Shown here one piece after another: positions 1 through 8,958 of a stretch of DNA of 13,248 bases. Location: contig JAHJTB010000007.1 in the NCBI GenBank assembly GCA_018830135.1, positions 1 through 13,248 of the forward strand. The letters are read 5' to 3'. The position numbers and the translations under genes were made by a program. Source of the DNA: Pseudomonadota bacterium (GTDB lineage Bacteria > Desulfobacterota > Desulfarculia > Adiutricales > JAGVGV01). The notes beneath the pieces were generated by a model. The model did no database searches, was not told the DNA's origin, and saw only the letters and a program-made list of their open reading frames with translations. Each line of letters starts with the position of its first letter. Position 1 is the stretch's first letter.

Positions 1-88
1 CACCTCGTAGTCGTCCCCCAGGGTTTCCACGAGGATGTCCACATTGGCCTCCGTGTCATCCACGACCATGACAATGCATTCGGAAAAA

Positions 89-96
<8 letters not shown>
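1..96 (-). CDS. Response regulator, N-terminal fragment of the receiver domain (continues beyond the left edge)
   Basis: Not in the ORF track because it is truncated. The minus-strand frame from ATG at 96-94 reads [32 protein letters not shown] with no stop down to position 1. A hydrophobic beta-1 strand followed by a DD acidic pair and the N-x3-L helix is the classical REC N-terminus (PleD/RpfG-like flavour). The start overlaps the HK1 stop (89-91) by 8 nt, and GAAAGG lies about 8 nt upstream. An alternative start is ATG 69-67. Only 32 codons are visible, so the output domain is unknown. Confidence 0.6.
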
Positions 97-2931
<2,835 letters not shown>

Positions 2932-2935
<4 letters not shown>

Positions 2936-3531
2936 TTTCGGTACCTCACGACGATACAGGAGGCGTCATCGTCGCCCTTGCTCAATTGATCCATGATTTT
3001 CGCGGCGATCTGACGGGCTGAGCCTTTCAGGAGGTCTGGGAAAAAGTTCATGTCAAAATGTTCCCTTATGCCGTCGGAAGTGGCGACCAGAATGTCCCCG
3101 GAATTCAGTTCAACCTCATGTTCCACCGGGTTTGGGATGACATATCCGATAATGCCGTCCCGGGAAAGGAACTGGTGAGGTTTGGCGCCGTACAGGCGGG
3201 TCATGATATTCCCTATGCCTGAAAAAAGCATTTTTCCAGTCTCTTTATGCAAACAACCCAGCGCGGCCACGGCGCCCCGGGTGCCGCGCAGATGCTCATG
3301 CAGGCCTTTCATGACCTCGGCCAGACTCTGCCGATAATTTTCAACCAGGTATCCCTCCGCCCGGACGGCCACGGCATGAGCATCCCGTCCGTGCCCGAGC
3401 ACGTCGATCAGGGCCCAAAACAGTTCGTCTGAGGATTCCAGGATCAGGCCCGCGTCGCCGCAGGCGTCCGGCGAGCCTTCCAGGGCCCTTTTAATAAAAT
3501 GGCAGTCCAGGCCGGGCATCATGCTCTCCAC
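2932..3531 (-). CDS. rsbX: RsbX-like PP2C/SpoIIE-family serine phosphatase (stressosome feedback phosphatase homologue)
   Basis: ORF of up to 199 aa. Metal-binding and PP2C-like motifs fall in the same order as in B. subtilis RsbX: CGDAG, DVLGHG, RGAVAA, GIGNI, TSDGI, DDDAS. The start is ambiguous: GTG 3531, or ATG 3522 (forming ATGA with the rsbT-like stop at 3519-3521), or ATG 3519. GGAGAG lies just upstream of the ATGs. Confidence 0.85.
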
Positions 3532-3935
3532 TTGCGGCCGACAATCAGGGTCCCCCGCCCCGGCTCGGATTGAATCTCAAACTCGTCCATGATTCGTTTG
3601 ACACTCGGAAGTCCCAGCCCCAGGCTGTCCCCGCTGCTGAAATGGTCCGTCATGGCCGCTTCGACGTTCTCGATGCCCGGCCCCGAGTCCTGGGCCGCGA
3701 CTTCCAGCCCCACATTCTCGAGGTTGTGTAAAATCCTGAGCGTGACCCGCCCCCCCCGGCCGGCATACCGAACGATATTGGTGGCCAACTCGGATACGGC
3801 CGTGGCAAAAAAGACCTGATCGGCCGTATTGAATCCGGCCTGACCGGCCATACTCCGGGCGGCGCTGACCGCCAGGGCGCAGTCCGATGGTTCTTCCAAA
3901 TCGATGCAGGTCTCATCGACCACACGTGTTGTCAC
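3519..3935 (-). CDS. rsbT: RsbT-like anti-sigma-type serine protein kinase (GHKL ATPase fold)
   Basis: 138-aa ORF with GTG start at 3935 and GGAG 8 nt upstream. It is collinear with B. subtilis RsbT. The N-box SELATNIVRYAG, G1 AQDSGPGI and G2 SLGLGLPSVKRIMDEF are all intact. The size and its position after two STAS genes are canonical. Confidence 0.9.
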   Translation of the reverse strand: MTTRVVDETCIDLEEPSDCALAVSAARSMAGQAGFNTADQVFFATAVSELATNIVRYAGRGGRVTLRILHNLENVGLEVAAQDSGPGIENVEAAMTDHFSSGDSLGLGLPSVKRIMDEFEIQSEPGRGTLIVGRKWRA

Positions 3936-3959
3936 CCGTTTAGCTCCAATTCAATTCCG

Positions 3960-4376
3960 TTACTCCGAATCCGACTCTTCAATATCTTGCTCAAGGTCTT
4001 CCTCGAACCGGACGGGGTTGATTAATTCCATCGCATCATTCAAGGTCACGGCCGTGTCGATGCTATCAAGATCGACATCCAGGTCCACCAGGGCGGAGGC
4101 CAAACCTGCCCCAAAACCGGTGAATATGACCTTGGGCCCTAACAGCCTTACCATTTTCGAGATGCCGGCCAAAAGGCCGAAAAGAGCCGCATCGATGATT
4201 TTTACGCTGGAAACATCGATCAGCACACCCTTGACCGGAGCGGTCTCAATTTTCTCCAGCATTTCTTTTTGCAGCAGCCGCAAGGAAGCTTCATCCGGCT
4301 CTGCGTTGAGCGTGACAACGAGGTTCCGATGAACCACGTTCATCCCGGCCCCGGAATTGGAGTAATCTTCAGACAT
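3960..4376 (-). CDS. rsbS: RsbS-like single-domain STAS protein (stressosome scaffold/antagonist), with an acidic C-terminal tail
   Basis: The STAS core NLVVTLNAEPDEASLRLLQKEMLEKIETAPVKGVLIDVSSVKIIDAALFGLLAGISKMVRLLGPKVIFTGFGAGLASALVDLD aligns without gaps to B. subtilis RsbS (...[51 protein letters not shown]). The start is uncertain. ATG 4376 (GGAAGG 11 nt upstream) is chosen here. The ORF is open up to GTG 4436 (no SD), and ATG 4343 would give a 127-aa product closest to RsbS in length. Confidence 0.85.
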   Translation of the reverse strand: MSEDYSNSGAGMNVVHRNLVVTLNAEPDEASLRLLQKEMLEKIETAPVKGVLIDVSSVKIIDAALFGLLAGISKMVRLLGPKVIFTGFGAGLASALVDLDVDLDSIDTAVTLNDAMELINPVRFEEDLEQDIEESDSE

Positions 4377-4443
4377 TATCGAAGGGACCTTCCAGGATAT
4401 GGAACCAACATTTACCTTTATCCTTTCATGGACCACCGGGTCG

Positions 4444-5253
4444 CTATTTTTTCTGCTTCACTTCATAGTTCAGCAAAGCGAACGCGTCGATCAGGGCGTC
4501 TTCAAGGGTGGAATTTGTGGTCACGGTCCCCAGATCGATACCCAGTTGGACCAGGGTCTGGGCCACGGCGGACGAGATGCCGGAAATGATGCAGCGGCAG
4601 CCCATCAGTTTGGTCGCTTTGGTGATCTTTATCAGATGATTGGCCACGGCCGTATCCACGGCCGCGACGCCCTGGATATCCATGATGATGACCTTGGAGG
4701 ACGTTTCCGTTATCTTTTCCAGCATGGCGTTCATCATTTGTTGGGCGCGCAGGGAATCGACAACGCCGACGACCGGGAGCACGATGATCCTGTCCCAAAG
4801 CTTGATGGCCGGTGTGGATATCTCCATAATGGTCCGACTCTGATCCCTCAGCTTCTGCTCGTAGCGAACCCGTTCCGAAATATCGATGACGTACTCCAGC
4901 CCGCCGATAATCTCCCCCGTTTTGCCCATCAGCGGGGCCGCCGTATATTCAATGGGAATTGTTCTGCCGTCAATGTTCAATTCATTACGCCCGGTGTACC
5001 CCTGACCGGTGTCCATGGCCTGCACCATCAAGCATTCCGGTGTCTGACAATGTGCTGAATTCAGAAGCGAGTGACAGGTCCGGCCTTCAATTTTATCCCA
5101 CGTTTTCCCCAGGACTTCACGACCCGCGGCGTTCATGAAAATGATTTCGAAATCGCGGTTCACAGCCATGACCGGTGTTGGAATCTGCTCGAGAACAGAC
5201 AGCGCGATCTCATGGTCAACATGGAACATGTTTTTGCCTTCTTGATCAATCAC
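4444..5253 (-). CDS. rsbR: RsbR-like stressosome sensor: N-terminal PAS domain (Cys/His-rich) plus C-terminal STAS domain
   Basis: 269-aa ORF with GTG start at 5253, preceded by a strong SD AAGGGGGA 6 nt upstream. The C-terminal half (ISTPAIKLWDRIIVLPVVGVVDSLRAQQ...IQGVAAVDTAVANHLIK...CIISGISSAVAQTLVQLGIDL) is collinear with the B. subtilis RsbRA STAS domain. It includes the two phospho-acceptor positions (Ser167 corresponding to T171, Thr201 corresponding to T205). The N-terminal ~125 aa read as a PAS fold (IPTPVMAVNRDFEIIFMNAAGREVLG...IPIEYTAAPL...GEIIGGLEYVIDISER), not the globin-like domain of RsbRA. Confidence 0.9.
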   Translation of the reverse strand: MIDQEGKNMFHVDHEIALSVLEQIPTPVMAVNRDFEIIFMNAAGREVLGKTWDKIEGRTCHSLLNSAHCQTPECLMVQAMDTGQGYTGRNELNIDGRTIPIEYTAAPLMGKTGEIIGGLEYVIDISERVRYEQKLRDQSRTIMEISTPAIKLWDRIIVLPVVGVVDSLRAQQMMNAMLEKITETSSKVIIMDIQGVAAVDTAVANHLIKITKATKLMGCRCIISGISSAVAQTLVQLGIDLGTVTTNSTLEDALIDAFALLNYEVKQKK

Positions 5254-5290
5254 TTTATTCCCCCTTGTTCGATAATGTATCTCAAAGTCG

Positions 5291-5323
5291 ACTATATGAA
5301 GTCTGCCGGCAAATCAATTTCCA
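5291..5323 (-). promoter_or_regulatory. Candidate promoter for the rsbR-like operon (sigma-54 -24/-12-like element, overlapping a weak sigma-70-like -35/-10)
   Basis: The minus strand reads TGGAAATTGATTTGC (5323->5309). GG and GC have exactly the spacing of the TGGCAC-N5-TTGC consensus, and the TTGC is intact, but the CAC of the -24 box is AAA. It sits about 56 nt upstream of the GTG at 5253. Overlapping it is TTGATT-N15-TATAGT (5317->5291), whose spacer is short for sigma-70. Neither is strong and no enhancer-binding protein gene is in the window. Confidence 0.3.
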
Positions 5324-5443
5324 AGAGCAAAATTTCCAGCGCGCCTTCCAGAAAAGGTAACATAACCAAATCCATGCCCTATCACCCGATGATCCGATAC
5401 CCTATTCTTATGCCCCGAACACGCCGGCTTGTCTCTGACTTCC

Positions 5444-5465
5444 TTTTTCAGATCATTCTGAAAAA
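5444..5465. promoter_or_regulatory. Perfect 9-bp inverted repeat TTTTTCAGA-tcat-TCTGAAAAA in the intergenic region (possible operator/UAS)
   Basis: Read directly: 5444-5452 is the reverse complement of 5457-5465, with a 4-nt spacer. It lies about 135 bp upstream (in transcription sense) of the sigma-54-like element, and is immediately followed by a tandem AGTATA-AGTATA (5466-5477). The function is unproven. Confidence 0.3.
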
Positions 5466-5665
5466 AGTATAAGTATAGAAAACGAATTTTATATATGGCA
5501 GCACATTGTTTCCGGAAATAGGTCATATTCTGTCACATACCGCCAGATGGCTTGATCCATCCTTGGTTTCGCTCATCCCGGCCGGTTGAGCGTTCAAGCA
5601 CGGCGCTGGTTTCGACCGCCGCCCCAGCGATCGAAAAAGCCATCCGATATGATCAATATAACACA

Positions 5666-7960
5666 TTAATTGCCGCTTTTCAGTTTCTCTTTCAAGGTCT
5701 CCAGGACGGCCTGGGCCTCCTTGAACTTGTACTTGCCGATGAATTTATTCAAATCGCCCGCCTCGTCCCGCAGGCCCTCCGGCCAGCCCGAAGCAGCGAT
5801 CCGGTCCATGACCGGCTGGCACAACTTGGGCTTGCGCTTCAGAATATGGGGTTCCAACTCGTCGAGCAGGGCCAGCAGGGCTTCCGGGTCCGCCGGCCCG
5901 GCGGCCGGCGCTACCTCGGCCGCGGGACCGCCGGCCGGCTCCAGGGCGGCCAATGAGGCCATGACCCGGCCCAGGGCCTCGGTTAGGGAAGGCAAGGCGG
6001 CCCGGGCTCCGGCCTCGTCGCCATGCTTGACGGCCGTTTCCACCTCCGCCGCCGACGCCTGAACCTCCAGGGCGCCGATGTTTCCGGCCACGCCCTTGAC
6101 CGTGTGGGCCAGACGCTGGGCCAGCTCCCGGTCGCCCGCATCCAGGGCCTCGCTAATTTTCACGGTCGACTCCGGGTAGTCCGTGTAAAACTTGAGCAGC
6201 AGTTTGCGGAACAGCGTCCTGTTCCCACCCACCCGCTTCAGGCCGTCCGCGGCATCGATGCCGGGCAGGTCCGGAATATCGGCCTCATCCGCCTTCTCTT
6301 CAACCAGCGCCGGCGGAGTCCTGTCTTCCGGCATCTCCCGTTCGCCGGGCTCGATCCACTTGAGCAACGACTGAAAGAGCTCAGCCATGTCGATAGGCTT
6401 GCTGACGTGGTCGTTCATCCCCGCCTCGATCGCCTCTTCCTTGTCCCGGGTCATGGCGCTGGCGGTCATGGCGATGATCGGCAGGCCGGCGAACCTCGGG
6501 TCTTTCCGGATTTCCTTCGTGGCCTGGTACCCGTCCATGACCGGCATCTGCACGTCCATGAGCACGGCATCGAATTTCCGGCGGTTGACCGCCTCCACCC
6601 CTTCGAGGCCATTGTTGGCGATAGTCACCAGCAGCCCGGCCCCTTCCAGAATCTCCCGGGCCACCTGCTGGTTGATCTCGTTGTCCTCGACCAGCAGGAT
6701 TTGGGCGCCCCGGATCGGACGGGCCATGTCCGCTTCCCGGTCCTTCTTCGGCCTGACCAGCTTTTCGGCATCAACCTTCCCGAAAGCCCGCATGACCGCG
6801 TCCAGCAGGCTGGAGCGGGAAGCCGGCTTGACGAGCACTCCGTCCAGTTCGGTTCCTTGCGCCGCATCCAAGGCCTCGTCCTGAGCGTACGCGGTGACCA
6901 GAATGATTTTGGGTTGTTTCGGCAGACCCGCCAGGCCCCGGATTCGGCGGCTTGTTTCGATGCCGTCCAGTTCCGGCATCTGCCAGTCCGTCAGAACCAG
7001 GTCATAGGAACGATCCGGCGGCGCGTTTTCAAGCAGGGCCAGCCCGTCCGTTCCGGACGGGGCCTGATCCACCTCGAACGAAAAGGACTCGAGCATCTCC
7101 TGCAATATCTCCCGGGCCGTCCGGCTGTCGTCTATCACCAGCACCCGCAGCCGGAGCAGGTCTTCGGACAACGTCGGCTTTTCCATCTCCCGGCCCTCGG
7201 CCACACCCAGCCTGGCCGTAAAGATGAACTCGCTGCCCACGCCGGGCTCGCTTTCCACCCATATTTCCCCGCCCATCATTTCCACCAGGCGCTTGCTGAT
7301 GGTCAGCCCGAGTCCGGTCCCGCCGTACTTGCGGGTCGTCGAGGTATCGGCCTGTGAAAAGGCCTGAAACAGCTTGCCCCGCTGCTCCTCGGTCATGCCG
7401 ATCCCGGAGTCCCGGACGGAAAACCGGATCGAGACATCATCAGCGGACCGTTCCATCATTCTGGCCGTGACCACGATCTCGCCCCGGGCCGTGAATTTGA
7501 CCGCGTTATTGCCCAGGTTGACCAGGACCTGGCTCAGGCGCAACGGATCGCCCACCAGAAAGCGCGGAACCCGGGGGTCGATATGGAACAGCACTTCCAG
7601 GTTCTCTTTTTCCTGGGCCTTGACCGTGATCATGTTGGCCACGTTGTCCAGGGTTTCCGCCAGATCGAAGTCCACCTTTTCCATATCCAGCTTGCCGGCC
7701 TCGATCTTGGAAAAGTCCAGAATGTCGTTGATGATGCCCAGCAGGGACTTGGCGGATACGTCGATCTTTCTCAGATAGTCGTGCTGCTTGGGATCGAGGT
7801 CGGTCTTGAGGGCCAGGTGGGACATGCCGATGATGGCGTTCATGGGCGTCCGGATCTCGTGGCTCATGTTGGCCAGGAACTCGCTCTTGGCCCGGGTGGC
7901 GGATTCCGCCTCCTTCCTGGCCACCTCGAGGTCTTCCATGATGTTGAGCATGGCCCGGCG
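5666..7960. repeat. Copy 2 of the ~2.3-kb diverged direct duplication (transmitter module of HK2)
   Basis: See copy 1. A hand count over HK1 aa 183-439 against HK2 aa 151-407 gives 28 differences in 257 residues (about 89% identity). The last 57 residues of that stretch are identical. Confidence 0.9.
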
Positions 7961-8410
7961 CGCCTGGGCCAGGTCGGCCACCCGGGCTTCCATGGCCTTG
8001 GCGGCCTCCGCCCGCTCGTTGAAGCTTTTCTCCAATTGTTGGGTCATGCTGTTGAAGGCCTCGGAGAACTCCCCCATGAAGTCCACCTGGTGGCTGAAAT
8101 CGCCCTGGGCGATCTGTTGGGTGGTCCAGGTAAGATGTCGCAGACTGCTTTGCAGGTTCTTCATCGAGGCCAGCAGCACGCTGTTCCCCCGGGGCGCCTG
8201 AAAGTCGATGTCGCCCCTGGACAGCGCCTGGAGCAGATCGGCGGTGGCATGGTATTCACCGAGGAACTTGTTGATGTACCCCACCGCCTGCCGTATCTCG
8301 TTGTCGGGAAAATCAGAGGGCAGAACGATGGCCTCCGGCTTTTTACCCTTGACGAGCAGATAAAAAACCTCGCTGATTTTGTCTATGATCTCTTCCTGGA
8401 CCTCGATCAT
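5666..8410 (-). CDS. Hybrid sensor histidine kinase HK2: soluble HAMP-like array, coiled coil, HisKA, HATPase_c, REC, REC, HPt, C-terminal tail (paralogue of HK1)
   Basis: 914-aa ORF with ATG at 8410, 5 nt after the V4R gene stop. The N-terminal 130 aa have no TM segment and contain HAMP-like units ([23 protein letters not shown]; [11 protein letters not shown]...[15 protein letters not shown]; [30 protein letters not shown]). H-box His184 (nt 7859-7861), REC1 Asp475 (6986-6988), REC2 Asp619 (6554-6556), HPt His769 (6104-6106). From aa 151 onward it is collinear with HK1 aa 183-948. Confidence 0.95.
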   Translation of the reverse strand: MIEVQEEIIDKISEVFYLLVKGKKPEAIVLPSDFPDNEIRQAVGYINKFLGEYHATADLLQALSRGDIDFQAPRGNSVLLASMKNLQSSLRHLTWTTQQIAQGDFSHQVDFMGEFSEAFNSMTQQLEKSFNERAEAAKAMEARVADLAQARRAMLNIMEDLEVARKEAESATRAKSEFLANMSHEIRTPMNAIIGMSHLALKTDLDPKQHDYLRKIDVSAKSLLGIINDILDFSKIEAGKLDMEKVDFDLAETLDNVANMITVKAQEKENLEVLFHIDPRVPRFLVGDPLRLSQVLVNLGNNAVKFTARGEIVVTARMMERSADDVSIRFSVRDSGIGMTEEQRGKLFQAFSQADTSTTRKYGGTGLGLTISKRLVEMMGGEIWVESEPGVGSEFIFTARLGVAEGREMEKPTLSEDLLRLRVLVIDDSRTAREILQEMLESFSFEVDQAPSGTDGLALLENAPPDRSYDLVLTDWQMPELDGIETSRRIRGLAGLPKQPKIILVTAYAQDEALDAAQGTELDGVLVKPASRSSLLDAVMRAFGKVDAEKLVRPKKDREADMARPIRGAQILLVEDNEINQQVAREILEGAGLLVTIANNGLEGVEAVNRRKFDAVLMDVQMPVMDGYQATKEIRKDPRFAGLPIIAMTASAMTRDKEEAIEAGMNDHVSKPIDMAELFQSLLKWIEPGEREMPEDRTPPALVEEKADEADIPDLPGIDAADGLKRVGGNRTLFRKLLLKFYTDYPESTVKISEALDAGDRELAQRLAHTVKGVAGNIGALEVQASAAEVETAVKHGDEAGARAALPSLTEALGRVMASLAALEPAGGPAAEVAPAAGPADPEALLALLDELEPHILKRKPKLCQPVMDRIAASGWPEGLRDEAGDLNKFIGKYKFKEAQAVLETLKEKLKSGN

Positions 8411-8415
8411 TTGTC

Positions 8416-8943
8416 TTACGCCTTTGGTTTGACTTCAAACCGGCAGATCCGGTCGCCGGTGCACCAGCAGTCAATCTCCTTGACGTCGAATTCCTGGCCG
8501 GTGAATTCCAGGAACAGGCCGTTGATGAATCCCTCGTCATAGGTGCAGATGCTCTCGTCGCTCATAGGCAGGCCCGAGCAGTCCAGGTCCTCGGCCACCG
8601 TCAGGATGAAGTTCATGTTCTGCATGTCGGCCTTTTCCACGCGCAGAATGCCGATGCTCAAGTCGCTGAGAAGCTGCTGAACCTCGACCACGAAATCATT
8701 GAAATCGGTCTTTTTCGTGACCAGGTTCTTGAAGAACTGGCGGCCGGCCGACCGGCCGGCATCGTAATAGACCCGGTCGGCCACCTCCGGGCCGAACTCC
8801 CTGATCAGCACGTCGCGCAGGGTAAACTGCATCAGCCGGTATACTGCTACATTCATGACGCTGCCCAGATTGGGTCTGCCCGCGGCGATGTCGCCCAGCA
8901 TGCTCCACTCGAACTGCAACTCGTCTCTCTCTTCTTTGAACAT
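8416..8943 (-). CDS. Stand-alone V4R-domain protein (4-vinyl reductase / hydrocarbon-binding family, COG1719-like)
   Basis: 175-aa ORF with ATG 8943 and SD GGGGGGA 7 nt upstream, 15 nt after the giant-sensor stop. The C-terminal half, [55 protein letters not shown], matches the V4R pattern as I remember it: C...C.[FY].G...G.....G......E..C...GD..C.F. The call is from recalled family features, not a search. Confidence 0.75.
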   Translation of the reverse strand: MFKEERDELQFEWSMLGDIAAGRPNLGSVMNVAVYRLMQFTLRDVLIREFGPEVADRVYYDAGRSAGRQFFKNLVTKKTDFNDFVVEVQQLLSDLSIGILRVEKADMQNMNFILTVAEDLDCSGLPMSDESICTYDEGFINGLFLEFTGQEFDVKEIDCWCTGDRICRFEVKPKA

Positions 8944-8958
8944 AACGATTCCCCCCTT

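Noticed and set aside
4878-5211. LOV (flavin) or haem-c assignment for the RsbR-like PAS domain
   Set aside because: The LOV signature (GxNCRFLQ) is absent and there is no CxxCH. Only the generic Cys/His cluster is reported, as a finding with an unknown cofactor.
5496-5510. Plus-strand TGGCAGCACATTGTT, resembling a sigma-54 -24/-12 box
   Set aside because: The GG-to-TTG spacing is one nt short and the -12 element is TTGT, not TTGC. It also points into the antisense of HK2, with no plus-strand gene to drive.
5314-5526. 70-aa minus-strand ORF in the intergenic region (MTYFRKQCAAIYKIRFLYLYFF...)
   Set aside because: There is no Shine-Dalgarno before the ATG, the composition is odd and AT-driven, and it overlaps the candidate promoter/operator elements. 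It is more likely non-coding leader/promoter DNA. A small protein cannot be strictly excluded without ribosome profiling.
5560-5665. Possible intrinsic terminator after HK2 (short complementary segments CGCTGG/CCAGCG and TTTCGA/TCGAAA at 5603-5637; GATGG/CCATC near 5549-5564)
   Set aside because: The stems are only 5-6 bp, they are arranged in an interleaved order rather than as one hairpin, and none is followed by a U-tract on the transcribed strand. I cannot support a terminator call, so whether units A and B are co-transcribed stays open.
6023-8542. Plus-strand ORFs 6023-7357 (444 aa), 7583-8542 (319 aa) and smaller ones opposite HK2 and the V4R gene
   Set aside because: Same reasoning as above. 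They also mirror the shadow ORFs opposite HK1 (for example, near-identical MLDGR... starts). That is what the duplicated minus-strand gene would produce, and it is not independent evidence of coding.
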